Below, one piece after another: positions 20,702 through 29,748 of a stretch of 64,000 nt of DNA. This DNA is from Gammaproteobacteria bacterium (GTDB taxonomy: Bacteria; Pseudomonadota; Gammaproteobacteria; Eutrophobiales; Eutrophobiaceae): the NCBI GenBank assembly GCA_021773235.1, contig JAJFKL010000021.1, positions 59,540-123,539 of the forward strand, read 5' to 3'. Position numbers and translations under genes: made by a program. The notes beneath the pieces were generated by a model. That model searched no databases and was not told the origin of the DNA. It saw only the letters and a list, made by a program, of their open reading frames with translations. Numbering within the stretch: the stretch's first letter is position 1; every line of letters begins with the position of its first letter.

Positions 20702-20718
20702 TGCATCTTCTGTACCAA
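20702..20718 (-). promoter_or_regulatory. sigma54 promoter of porin-glnK1-amt1
   Basis: Minus strand TTGGTACAGAAGATGCA with GG-N10-GC spacing; IHF-like TTTCAATAACTTA at 20738-20750 lies between it and the NtrC box. Confidence 0.75.
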
Positions 20719-20793
20719 CTATGCTAAAACTATATATTTTCAATAACTTACTGAGTATTATTAACCTATATTATAGCATACAGCTTGTAGTTC

Positions 20794-20808
20794 GCACTGA
20801 ATTAGTGC
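20794..20808. promoter_or_regulatory. NtrC box
   Basis: GCAC-TGAATTA-GTGC (GCAC-N7-GTGC) about 80 bp upstream of the -24 element; a weaker GCGC-N7-GTTC lies about 30 bp further. Confidence 0.7.
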
Positions 20809-20936
20809 TTGTGATAGCCGTATTGCGCCTTATTAGTTCATATCATTGCTTACAGGATCGAAATTTAAGCTGTATGAATGACATATAAACAAATAAAAAT
20901 TATGATGAAGATAATGTTTGAGGAATTAGAGGCATC

Positions 20937-21173
20937 ATGCTTAAAAACAAAATAGAATCGATACTAACGGATGTATCAAGTGCGTTACCTGAAGACATAC
21001 AACATATCAAAGATGAAATTGAAACGAATTTACGTGCAACACTTAATGCAAGTTTTTCAAAACTGGATTTAGTGACGCGAGAAGAGTTTGATATTCAAAC
21101 CGCATTACTGCAACGGACACGTGCAAAGCTGGATACATTGCAGGAAAAATTATCTGAGATAGAAAAAATGTAA
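20937..21173 (+). CDS. ubiK: Ubiquinone biosynthesis accessory factor UbiK (YqiC)
   Basis: KLDLVTREEFDIQTALLQRTRAKL motif; divergent from glnK-amt and upstream of comM, a common proteobacterial arrangement. Confidence 0.88.
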   Translation: MLKNKIESILTDVSSALPEDIQHIKDEIETNLRATLNASFSKLDLVTREEFDIQTALLQRTRAKLDTLQEKLSEIEKM

Positions 21174-21249
21174 AGTAACAAAAAGTTAATTCAATGATAA
21201 ATTCGAATTAAATGTAAGCTTTTAAAACACAATTCAAGGATGAATAACC

Positions 21250-22770
21250 ATGAGTGTCGCAGTAATATTTTCTCGTGCGCAGGACGGTATCAATGCGCCG
21301 CTAGTCACAGTTGAAGTGCACCTCTCGCGTGGTCTACCCGGTTTTACTATTGTCGGTCTTCCAGAAACTACGGTTAAAGAAAGTAAAGAGCGCGTTCGAA
21401 GCGCTATACTTAATAATCAATTTGATTTCCCACTCAGCAGAATTACCATCAATCTAGCGCCGGCAGATTTACCAAAGGAAGGTGGCCGTTTTGATCTACC
21501 TATCGCGCTGGGTATTTTGATCGCCTCGGGCCAGATACCCGAAAAAGGAATGGAACAGCATGAGGCAATAGGTGAATTATCGTTAACCGGCGAATTAAGA
21601 TCAATAAAAGGCGCGTTACCTGTTTCATTGGCTGTAAGAAAATCTCAACGAAGTTTGATCTTACCCATCGAAAATGCAGATGAAGCTGCTCTTGTTTATG
21701 GAACATCATGTAAACCAGCCGACCACATACTAGATGTCTGCGCGCATATTTCTGGAATGAAAATTCTAGAAGAACATCAATCGAAAAAATTTGAATATGT
21801 AACGAAATATGACAAAGACTTGAATGAAGTCTATGGTCATGAACATGCAAAACGAGCATTAGAGATCGCTGCTGCTGGTGGACACAATCTACTTATGGTA
21901 GGACCGCCCGGTTCAGGTAAAACTATGTTGGCAGAACGTTTGCCCAGTATCATGCCGGCAATGTCGGATAAGCAAGCACTTGAAACTGCAGCAATTTCAT
22001 CAATTAGCAATAAAGGTTTCGACCCATCTACATGGCGTCAACGTATTTTTCGCTCGCCTCATCACTCGGCATCATCCGTAGCCTTGGTCGGGGGCGGCAG
22101 CCATCCTAAGCCGGGAGAGATATCACTAGCACATAACGGTGTATTATTTCTCGACGAACTACCTGAGTTTAATCGACATGTATTAGAAGTATTACGAGAA
22201 CCACTGGAGTCAGGGCGCATCGTAATATCTCGCGCCGCTAATCAAGTCGAGTATCCGGCAAACTTCCAGCTAATTGCCGCAATGAACCCTTGTCCCTGTG
22301 GCTATCTCGGCGATGAAAGTAGTCGTTGCCGCTGTACAGAAGAGCAAATCAATCGATATCAAAATAAAATATCCGGACCACTTATGGATAGGCTTGATAT
22401 GGTCATCGAAGTCCACAGTATTCCTGGCGCAATCATCAATCAGACAAGAGATGTCGATTCTGAAACCAGCGCAACTATTAGAGAACGCGTATGCAATACA
22501 TTCAAACGACAAATAAAACGGAATGGTTGCGCAAACTCAGCACTTAAGACAAATGACATTGAACAGTATTGTGATTTGACTGAAAGTGATAAGTCATTGC
22601 TACAAACGGCGACAAGAAAACTGGCACTTTCGGGTCGCGCTATACACCGAATTATAAAAGTCGCCCGGACAATTGCCGACCTCTCTGACAGTGAACAGAT
22701 ACAAACCCAACATCTAACTGAAGCGATGAGTTATAGAAAGAAGATAAATCAGTCTAATACATTGATATAG
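21250..22770 (+). CDS. comM: ComM/YifB Mg-chelatase-like AAA+ ATPase
   Basis: ITINLAPADLPKEGGRFDLPIA, GPPGSGKT, GEISLAHNGVLFLDELPEF, AMNPCPCG. Confidence 0.94.
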   Translation: MSVAVIFSRAQDGINAPLVTVEVHLSRGLPGFTIVGLPETTVKESKERVRSAILNNQFDFPLSRITINLAPADLPKEGGRFDLPIALGILIASGQIPEKGMEQHEAIGELSLTGELRSIKGALPVSLAVRKSQRSLILPIENADEAALVYGTSCKPADHILDVCAHISGMKILEEHQSKKFEYVTKYDKDLNEVYGHEHAKRALEIAAAGGHNLLMVGPPGSGKTMLAERLPSIMPAMSDKQALETAAISSISNKGFDPSTWRQRIFRSPHHSASSVALVGGGSHPKPGEISLAHNGVLFLDELPEFNRHVLEVLREPLESGRIVISRAANQVEYPANFQLIAAMNPCPCGYLGDESSRCRCTEEQINRYQNKISGPLMDRLDMVIEVHSIPGAIINQTRDVDSETSATIRERVCNTFKRQIKRNGCANSALKTNDIEQYCDLTESDKSLLQTATRKLALSGRAIHRIIKVARTIADLSDSEQIQTQHLTEAMSYRKKINQSNTLI

Positions 22771-22823
22771 ATAGGTTTTTAGACCGACTTGAACCAAGTT
22801 CATGAATGAGGTGAAATACGCCT

Positions 22824-23204
22824 ATGGATGAAAAACAGTACGACATCAGTATCAGCACTGAAACCCAATATGTTAATGACCAATCGCTCCCGGAACAGGA
22901 ACGTTTTGTGTTTGCATACACCATTACTATCACCAATAACGGGAGTATGGCAGCGACACTGTTACGCCGACATTGGCTAATTACCGACGCCAATTGCAAG
23001 GTACAGGAAGTCCAGGGAGACGGTGTCATCGGCGAACAGCCTTATTTGCAACCAGGTGAATCATTTCAATACACCAGTGCCGCAGTATTAGAAACCCCAG
23101 TCGGTTGCATGCAAGGCAAATATGAGATGGTCGCCGATGATGGCAAGGATTTCGATGCCCAAATACCGATTTTCAACCTCGCTACACCCAACACACTACA
23201 TTAA
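22824..23204 (+). CDS. apaG: ApaG
   Basis: FVFAYTITI, RHWLITDA, VQGDGVIGEQP, FQYTS motifs. Confidence 0.95.
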   Translation: MDEKQYDISISTETQYVNDQSLPEQERFVFAYTITITNNGSMAATLLRRHWLITDANCKVQEVQGDGVIGEQPYLQPGESFQYTSAAVLETPVGCMQGKYEMVADDGKDFDAQIPIFNLATPNTLH

Positions 23205-23206
23205 CA

Positions 23207-24040
23207 ATGAGCACCTACGCGATAGGTGACCTGCAAGGTTGTTACGCAGAGCTACAAGATTTACTCGATAAGATAAATTTCGATAAAACGAATGACCAAC
23301 TCTGGTTTGTAGGTGACCTCATCAACCGCGGACCAGAATCACTCGAATGTCTACGTTTTGTTAAATCATTAGGCCACTCAGCTAGAGCTGTCCTAGGGAA
23401 TCACGACCTACACTTACTTGCTGTAGCGAATAAGGTTCGTAAACCACATAGAAAAGATACGCTCGATGAAATTCTAAACGCCGATGATGCTGTCGAGCTA
23501 TTGCGTTGGGTAAGAGAACTGCCGCTACTTATAAATGACACAGATCTAAATTTCACCATGGTGCACGCAGGTCTACCTCCACAATGGTCATTAGCAAAAG
23601 CTATAGAACTTGCACATGAAACAGAAACCTTATTACGTGGCGGCCAGTTTAGTGACTTTATACAGCATATGTATGGCGACCAACCCGATAGCTGGTCTGA
23701 ACAATTAGACGGTTATGATCGTCATCGCTTCATCATTAACTGTCTAACACGCATACGCTATTGCTATGACGGTGGAGAATTGAATCTCAAAGCAAAAAAG
23801 ACACCGGGCAAAGAAGATGAAAAGTTAATACCTTGGTATGCATTATCTGACAGAAAAACAAAAAATAATAAAATCGTTTTTGGACATTGGTCAACCGTTC
23901 ACTTGGGTAATGAAAAGAACTTTAGTCAATACAATGTCTACCCATTAGACACGGGATGCTTATGGGGTGGATATATGACAGCGATGCGCTTGGAAGATGA
24001 AGAACTATTTAGCGTGTCTTCTAGACAACCGAAGATATAA
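23207..24040 (+). CDS. apaH: Symmetrical bis(5'-nucleosyl)-tetraphosphatase
   Basis: GDLQGC, GDLINRGP, LGNHDLHLL, FGHWS, DTGCLWGG. Confidence 0.96.
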   Translation: MSTYAIGDLQGCYAELQDLLDKINFDKTNDQLWFVGDLINRGPESLECLRFVKSLGHSARAVLGNHDLHLLAVANKVRKPHRKDTLDEILNADDAVELLRWVRELPLLINDTDLNFTMVHAGLPPQWSLAKAIELAHETETLLRGGQFSDFIQHMYGDQPDSWSEQLDGYDRHRFIINCLTRIRYCYDGGELNLKAKKTPGKEDEKLIPWYALSDRKTKNNKIVFGHWSTVHLGNEKNFSQYNVYPLDTGCLWGGYMTAMRLEDEELFSVSSRQPKI

Positions 24041-24090
24041 TAATCACTACTAGCGATCACCGAAAGCCGTCATCGTAAATAATTACAAAT

Positions 24091-24426
24091 ATGCCCATTA
24101 ACCATAATATGGTCTATTTAATGACTTCTCGTATACCAGAAGGACGCATTGCTACTTATGGTCAAATTGCAAAATTGGTTGGTTTCCCTCGGCATGCCCG
24201 ACAGGTGGGTTTTGCATTGTCCGCTATAGAGAACGGTTCGTCTGTACCTTGGCACCGTGTTATTAATGCAAAAGGCAAGATCAGTCCCAGAGGTCTTGAT
24301 GGCAGTGATGATTATCAACGACTGTTATTAAAAGAGGAAGGTGTTATCTTTGGTGAAAATGATTGTATTTCATTAAAACAATTTCAATGGCAACCGGACT
24401 CGTCGGAGCTGAGTGATGGCAAATGA
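24091..24426 (+). CDS. Alkyltransferase-like protein (ATL/YbaZ; MGMT family)
   Basis: IPEGRIATYGQIA, ARQVG, and PWHRV, where Trp replaces the catalytic Cys of PCHRV. Confidence 0.9.
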   Translation: MPINHNMVYLMTSRIPEGRIATYGQIAKLVGFPRHARQVGFALSAIENGSSVPWHRVINAKGKISPRGLDGSDDYQRLLLKEEGVIFGENDCISLKQFQWQPDSSELSDGK

Positions 24427-24856
24427 ATTAGAAGACATTATTCGAACTGAGATTGAAGACTTGCATAAATTCTTTGTCGGCTGGTTTACGGGCGCACTAG
24501 ATGCCAGTCATTTTGAACAAGACTTTCATGCGCGTTTTGATGCCGACTTTTTATTGATCCCACCTGCGGGAATAATTCTTTCATTAGCAGAATTAAGCAC
24601 TGGCATCAAAAGCACCTACGATACTAACCCTGATTTTCGTATCGCTATTCGCAACGTTAAAATTCAACGTATTCTAGATAATGAAATTATCGCAACTTAT
24701 GAAGAATGGCAGCGTAATGCCCTCGCCTCTACACCACCAGACAATGGTCGACTGGCGACGGTCATCTTCAAAATGACAGAGCCTTTGCAATGGTTACATG
24801 TACATGAGACCTGGATGCCTGAGAATGTACAAAAAGCAGGTCCTTTTGATTTTTAA
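24413..24856 (+). CDS. NTF2/SnoaL-like (DUF4440-like) protein
   Basis: LHKFFVGWF...ATYEEWQ...RLATVIF...WLHVHETW pattern; family assignment from memory of the motif. Confidence 0.55.
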   Translation: MMANELEDIIRTEIEDLHKFFVGWFTGALDASHFEQDFHARFDADFLLIPPAGIILSLAELSTGIKSTYDTNPDFRIAIRNVKIQRILDNEIIATYEEWQRNALASTPPDNGRLATVIFKMTEPLQWLHVHETWMPENVQKAGPFDF

Positions 24857-24900
24857 GGCTTATACGCATTTCAATATCTTAACAATATAACATAAAAACC

Positions 24901-25326
24901 ATGTATAAATTACCGGAATATAATCGTTCATCAAATTGCCAGTCAGGTTTTGGTGAGGCTTATTTATTCCCCGTTTTAATTGGTCTGGCTATTTGTATTT
25001 ATCTTCTACTACCGGGCGTTAAGGCGCTTTACGATGATGGATTAACTATACCTGCTATCGTTCTTGGTGTTTCCGGACTGTTATGTAGCCTTTGGTTGGC
25101 CACACAACTTTTTGGCGATTATCTCAATTTATTCATCATCATAATCTTCGCCGCTATTTGGATGATGAGCAGTATCTGGATAATGAGTCACATTGGCAGT
25201 AGCACTGAATCGATTTTTAATAACAGTGATTTCCTCCAATCAGCTATCCCCTGTGGATATTTTCTAATTCACGCAATCATTTTAACGATCATCAATTTTC
25301 TTAATAAAGATTCAAACGATCACTAA
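24901..25326 (+). CDS. Hypothetical membrane protein (about 4 TM)
   Basis: Hydrophobic segments; fills the gap in a co-oriented gene run. Confidence 0.6.
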   Translation: MYKLPEYNRSSNCQSGFGEAYLFPVLIGLAICIYLLLPGVKALYDDGLTIPAIVLGVSGLLCSLWLATQLFGDYLNLFIIIIFAAIWMMSSIWIMSHIGSSTESIFNNSDFLQSAIPCGYFLIHAIILTIINFLNKDSNDH

Positions 25327-25338
25327 TAGTTTATTACG

Positions 25339-25707
25339 ATGCCTAAGAGTGACGCCAAGTTTCCTTTTCATTTCAAAATAATGCAGGGCATTGGAGAGTT
25401 AGGCGATAAGTTACTGGGTGAATCTCGTAAATTACCGGGCTTTATAGTTGAGTTGAATAGTGATGGGCACATCATTAAAACAGTAAGCGAAGCAGATAAC
25501 CTTGATTTCATTCAGCTTGATGAAAAATTTAAGTCTTATCTTATGATTGATGTCATCGATCATGGTGAATATATTTATATTAAATGGCAAGATCTATCAA
25601 AAGAACATATTGAAACCCTTTTGAATACTAAGTTTATAGAAAAGGACTTTGTAGATTCCATGGGCATCACTAAAGGTTACACGCGTACTGGTAGCGTTAT
25701 GTTCTAG
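25339..25707 (+). CDS. Hypothetical protein
   Basis: 122-aa ORF tightly packed in the run; no recognised motif. Confidence 0.6.
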   Translation: MPKSDAKFPFHFKIMQGIGELGDKLLGESRKLPGFIVELNSDGHIIKTVSEADNLDFIQLDEKFKSYLMIDVIDHGEYIYIKWQDLSKEHIETLLNTKFIEKDFVDSMGITKGYTRTGSVMF

Positions 25708-25711
25708 GGTT

Positions 25712-26242
25712 TTGTTTATTGTGAATATAGAAAAAACACTCCATCTATCTTCGTTGCTAATTTGCAGCTTGTTCATCATCGACTTTATTTTCCCAATTCT
25801 TTTTTTAGATTACTTTGGAGTAAGAGTTTCTGAGTTATGGATTTTTTTAATTTACACATGTTACACAATATGGGCCGCATTTATATTAATTGTAATAGTC
25901 AGCCTCGTTTACGATTCTATTAAAGAAAAAGTATATGATAAAAAACATAAAGCTATCCTCAATGATGAGCTCGAGTACGTTTTAACTGAACATCAAAAAC
26001 AAATCCTATTTGAAAAAGAAATTATCGAAGTCAGCCTAATGTTTAATAGTCGTGAAACTGGAATTTTCTCGATTGAAGGAGATAGTCCCATTATTAATTT
26101 TCATGTGAAAGCGAATAATGCAGTGCCTGCTGAAAAAGAACTACAGGATTATTTCAAAAAATTCCTTGATAAAAATATCACGGTTATGCCAGGCCAACCT
26201 GAGAACCACAGTCGTTGGTATAGGACAATTCATTTAAATTAA
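25712..26242 (+). CDS. Hypothetical protein with 2 N-terminal TM segments
   Basis: 176-aa ORF, TTG start uncertain; hydrophobic N-terminus and soluble C-terminus. Confidence 0.5.
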   Translation: MFIVNIEKTLHLSSLLICSLFIIDFIFPILFLDYFGVRVSELWIFLIYTCYTIWAAFILIVIVSLVYDSIKEKVYDKKHKAILNDELEYVLTEHQKQILFEKEIIEVSLMFNSRETGIFSIEGDSPIINFHVKANNAVPAEKELQDYFKKFLDKNITVMPGQPENHSRWYRTIHLN

Positions 26243-26274
26243 GACAAGCCCTGTTTTTTTAGGTTAACTGAACA

Positions 26275-26772
26275 TCAGATCTCATAGTTCCTTAAGGCTT
26301 GTGCAACATCTGTATTAAATTCAATATGATGATGATCTACCGCCTTAACATCATAACCAATTAATTCTCTGGTTTTCGGTACAACGACTTTAAGACTGGT
26401 ATAAAGATCTTGAAAAAAAGCATTATCTTTAAAACCAAAATCTTGTCTCCATGTTAGATAATCATTCGCTTCTTCATACCATTCACATGCTTCAACGACA
26501 AGGTGTAACCAGAGGATTGGGTTATTAATATCTGCATCTCGGTATTCATCGGAGACCACGATTGCGACCACATTATTACTATCAGTACTATTCTGAATCG
26601 ATATCACCCTTAGCGATTCTTCTGACAAGGGATTAGTTTCCTTCTCAACACTTAGAATAAGGTTTTTATTCTTATAACAATCCGCGAGGGCCATTATTCT
26701 ATTTTTATCGTGCACAATAATATCCTGGTAACTATCTTGTTTAATAAGGTGGTAATAGTCGTCTAAATCCAT
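26275..26772 (-). CDS. Hypothetical protein
   Basis: Probable start at ATG 26772 (MDLDDYY), overlapping the ARH 3' end by about 32 bp; no recognised motif. Confidence 0.6.
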   Translation of the reverse strand: MDLDDYYHLIKQDSYQDIIVHDKNRIMALADCYKNKNLILSVEKETNPLSEESLRVISIQNSTDSNNVVAIVVSDEYRDADINNPILWLHLVVEACEWYEEANDYLTWRQDFGFKDNAFFQDLYTSLKVVVPKTRELIGYDVKAVDHHHIEFNTDVAQALRNYEI

Positions 26773-28132
26773 GACCCAATACCCACAACATAAAAAAGGC
26801 ATTTCGGAGTAAGAGGCGTATAGGATCCATCCACTGTGTGCGCCCTACCTGTTTGGACCATTTCACAACAGCAAGTTCTTCGCCGAGTAAGCGAATATAA
26901 TTTTTATCCCTTGGCCAATCTTTTAAATTATCTATCCAATCAGCTGGTATTCCTGCCTTCCCGACATTTGCACCCACAATGCCACCGATAATAGCCGCTA
27001 CTGTATCGGTGTCACCACCACAAGTAATCGCCTCTGTGATTGCTTTTTCGTAATCATCGTTATGCCGAAGAACAATCTGTACAACAACAGGAAGTGTATT
27101 ATAAATATAACCACTCACGCCTTTTTCCTGTTTATTTTCCTGACAATACTCCAATGCTGATTGACCTGACTTTGCACTTTCAACCGCAAGGCTTAACAGA
27201 ATACGAAGTTCCTCGTCATCACCAATGATACCCCCCAGTTCTATTAAACAGTTATCTACCGTTAACGGCACACCCTGCACGTTTCTCGCAGTGAGTTCAG
27301 CAACGATCTTCGAGCCTTTGATTGCCTTAGGATCAGTATGGGTAATTTGTGTATTGATGGTGACGAGTGCTGAACGTAATGTTTCATCATCATAGGCATA
27401 GGTGCCCAATATCGCTGTGCGCATCGCGGGACCATTACCGGCACTGAATACACCGCTTTTAGTTACCGGAATAAATAACCATAATTTTAAACAAGCACGT
27501 AATGTTGCCATTCCTATGCCTGCGGGTAACCCTAGGAACCACCAGCGTAGGGACCAAGCTAGTGCGTTTGAAAATAATTTTAGATCTTCTTTACTTTCTA
27601 TTAAGGCATGCGCAACAATACAGGTGTGTTCTGTATCATCCGATAGCATCCCGCAGCCAAATATAAATCGATGCCGCAATGGTATTACATTGAGTTTTTT
27701 AATTCGGCGCGAAGAAAGCCCTTCGAAAGGTAAGCCAATCGCATCTGCCACCGCTGTTCCAAATAGGCAACCTTGTAGCGCGTGATGAAATTTCAACTTG
27801 GTAGGATTGGAATACGTTGCTACCTCAACTGGCTCACAATACTGTTCTAGCTCGGCCTCAGTCAGGTAGCTGTTATAACTGTGTCGAAAATTGTTATCAA
27901 AACGATGAGTTTCTGATATCAAAAAAGGAGCCCATCCTTCACTATCGAGAGGAAAGATTTCGTAGCGATATGGTTCATCAAGTTCTTCATGCTCAGATAA
28001 GTTGAGTATCATCCCTTCTGAAAAGGAGACATCCTGAGACAGTGAATAAGGTGCTGCAAACCAAATCGTACAACTCTTCTCAAACGCTTTTTTAACGATA
28101 ATTTGGCTACGCTTGGTTTGATGCATAATCAA
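26741..28132 (-). CDS. ADP-ribosylglycohydrolase (DraG/ARH family) with an N-terminal extension of about 115 aa
   Basis: GCLFGTAVADAIG, SDDTEH, GNGPAMR, THTDP, GGDTDT metal-binding motifs. Confidence 0.9.
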   Translation of the reverse strand: MIMHQTKRSQIIVKKAFEKSCTIWFAAPYSLSQDVSFSEGMILNLSEHEELDEPYRYEIFPLDSEGWAPFLISETHRFDNNFRHSYNSYLTEAELEQYCEPVEVATYSNPTKLKFHHALQGCLFGTAVADAIGLPFEGLSSRRIKKLNVIPLRHRFIFGCGMLSDDTEHTCIVAHALIESKEDLKLFSNALAWSLRWWFLGLPAGIGMATLRACLKLWLFIPVTKSGVFSAGNGPAMRTAILGTYAYDDETLRSALVTINTQITHTDPKAIKGSKIVAELTARNVQGVPLTVDNCLIELGGIIGDDEELRILLSLAVESAKSGQSALEYCQENKQEKGVSGYIYNTLPVVVQIVLRHNDDYEKAITEAITCGGDTDTVAAIIGGIVGANVGKAGIPADWIDNLKDWPRDKNYIRLLGEELAVVKWSKQVGRTQWMDPIRLLLRNAFFMLWVLGHGFRRLLPPY

Positions 28133-28176
28133 TTTTAATTGTTGGCATTAACAACATCACTCTTTATGATTCAATT

Positions 28177-28611
28177 ATGACGAATGAAGATAAGATCATA
28201 ATCTCAGAGCTTATAGAAAGTAAGGTGATTGTTGAAGAAAACCAGCTGATTATTAATCGTAATGCTGAAAACTTCGAACAAATAATCGCTTTAAATGACA
28301 TAAAACAGATCAGTATTGATGGCGACATTAAATATATACGCTGGTTTTTATTGATGCTGATCCCGATCAGCATTGGACTTTATGCATTCAGCGCTAGCGA
28401 AACACTACCCACTTTTCTTGTATGGGTATTACTCACAATTAGTGGTGTCATTGGTCTCGTTACAATGGTTGCTCCACCCGAAAGAGATTTTATAGTGGTT
28501 AATATGAAACAAGGTGATGATATTAGACTACCTATGGATGACAAAAGAGAAGATGAACTTGAATTCATCAGAGAAACTAACGTGCACATATATAGCCTAA
28601 ACAAGAAATAA
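28177..28611 (+). CDS. Hypothetical membrane protein (2 TM)
   Basis: 144-aa ORF with a central hairpin of TM segments; its stop abuts the folA stop. Confidence 0.6.
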   Translation: MTNEDKIIISELIESKVIVEENQLIINRNAENFEQIIALNDIKQISIDGDIKYIRWFLLMLIPISIGLYAFSASETLPTFLVWVLLTISGVIGLVTMVAPPERDFIVVNMKQGDDIRLPMDDKREDELEFIRETNVHIYSLNKK

Positions 28612-29097
28612 TTACTTTTTTTCTAATACAACAAAACTGTAATCAAAGTCATTCTTTTCATCAGCTGTGTAGGCCTCTCTAGAAACCTCACTCCATTCGG
28701 CGCGATTAAATTCAGGGAAAAAAGTATCACCCTCTATCTCTGTATGTACTTCAGTTAGATACAATCGTGTTGCTTGATCTAATGTGTGTTTATATATTTC
28801 TGAGCCGCCGGTAATCATAACTTCTTCGATATCTTTGCAATGTTCGAATATTTCATCAATGCTATTTAATATTGTACAACCTTCTGCCTGATAGGTTTTA
28901 TCACGGGTAATAATAATATTTTCTCTACCGGGCAAGGGCCTGCCTATGGAATCATGGGTTTTACGCCCCATCACTATGGGTTTACCCATACTGATTTTCT
29001 TGAAGTTTTTAAGATCCGCTGAAATATGCCATGGCAATGAATCATTGTTCCCGATAACACGGTTACGATCCATAGCGACTATTATTGAGAGTTGCAT
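28612..29097 (-). CDS. folA: Dihydrofolate reductase
   Basis: IVAMDRNRVIG, LPWHISADL, MGRKT, RPLPGRENI, GGSEIY, GDTFFP. Confidence 0.97.
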   Translation of the reverse strand: MQLSIIVAMDRNRVIGNNDSLPWHISADLKNFKKISMGKPIVMGRKTHDSIGRPLPGRENIIITRDKTYQAEGCTILNSIDEIFEHCKDIEEVMITGGSEIYKHTLDQATRLYLTEVHTEIEGDTFFPEFNRAEWSEVSREAYTADEKNDFDYSFVVLEKK

Positions 29098-29118
29098 GAT
29101 TAGCGAGACGAAGTCTGA

Positions 29119-29724
29119 TTAATTTCTGGAACTAATACGGACAACATCACGTTTCATTTGTTCTAATAAACCATCAACGCCATTATTCTTGGCGATCGCT
29201 CGATATTCATTGCGGTAGCTTTGTACCAAGCTCAAATTTTCAACCGTGAAATCATATGCAAACCAAATGTTCACAAACCGTTTCATACGGTATGAGATGG
29301 GAATCTCTATATTGGTCTTATCCTTTACTATAATTGTGTCTACGGTGGAATAGCCTTCAGTGTCAGAACTCTCAGTAACATATTCGACTCGTTCACCCGT
29401 ATATTGTTTGATGCGCTGCCAATATGTATTGAGCAAAATTTGTTCAAACAAGGAGATAAATTGATTCTTTTGTTCATCATCGGCAATCTTCCAGTTTGTT
29501 GCCAGTATACGTCGGGACATCTCCTTAAAATTGATACGTTCTTTGACTATTTGAAATACAATATCTTTGCGTTGATCTTCGTTGAGATTTTTATCATTTA
29601 ATATAGACAGGACTTGTTCGACTGTTTTCTTAACGATCTTACCCGGAGATTCTTCAGTGGCTTGTAGTCCAAATGGTAGTAGACACATAAATAATGCAAT
29701 CAATACTATTTTCTTTAATCTCAT
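29119..29724 (-). CDS. MlaC/Ttg2D/HpnM-family periplasmic lipid-binding protein
   Basis: Signal peptide; INFKEMSRRILATNW, QKNQFISLF, ISYRM, AYDFTVENLSLVQSYRNEY, GVDGLL pattern. Confidence 0.85.
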   Translation of the reverse strand: MRLKKIVLIALFMCLLPFGLQATEESPGKIVKKTVEQVLSILNDKNLNEDQRKDIVFQIVKERINFKEMSRRILATNWKIADDEQKNQFISLFEQILLNTYWQRIKQYTGERVEYVTESSDTEGYSTVDTIIVKDKTNIEIPISYRMKRFVNIWFAYDFTVENLSLVQSYRNEYRAIAKNNGVDGLLEQMKRDVVRISSRN

Positions 29725-29748
29725 ATATTTTCCTTAATCAGAAATTGA

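Noticed and set aside
20670-20888. 72-aa ORF upstream of the porin gene
   Set aside because: It coincides with the sigma54, IHF and NtrC promoter elements on the opposite strand.
26741-28132. True DraG nitrogenase regulator linked to the GlnK-AmtB cluster
   Set aside because: No draT or nif genes in the window, the length and C-terminal tail differ from DraG, and it sits in a separate accessory block 6 kb away.
24041-28611. Integron cassette array or prophage remnant
   Set aside because: No RYYYAAC...GTTRRRY attC structures in the short spacers, mixed gene orientation, no integrase or phage genes.
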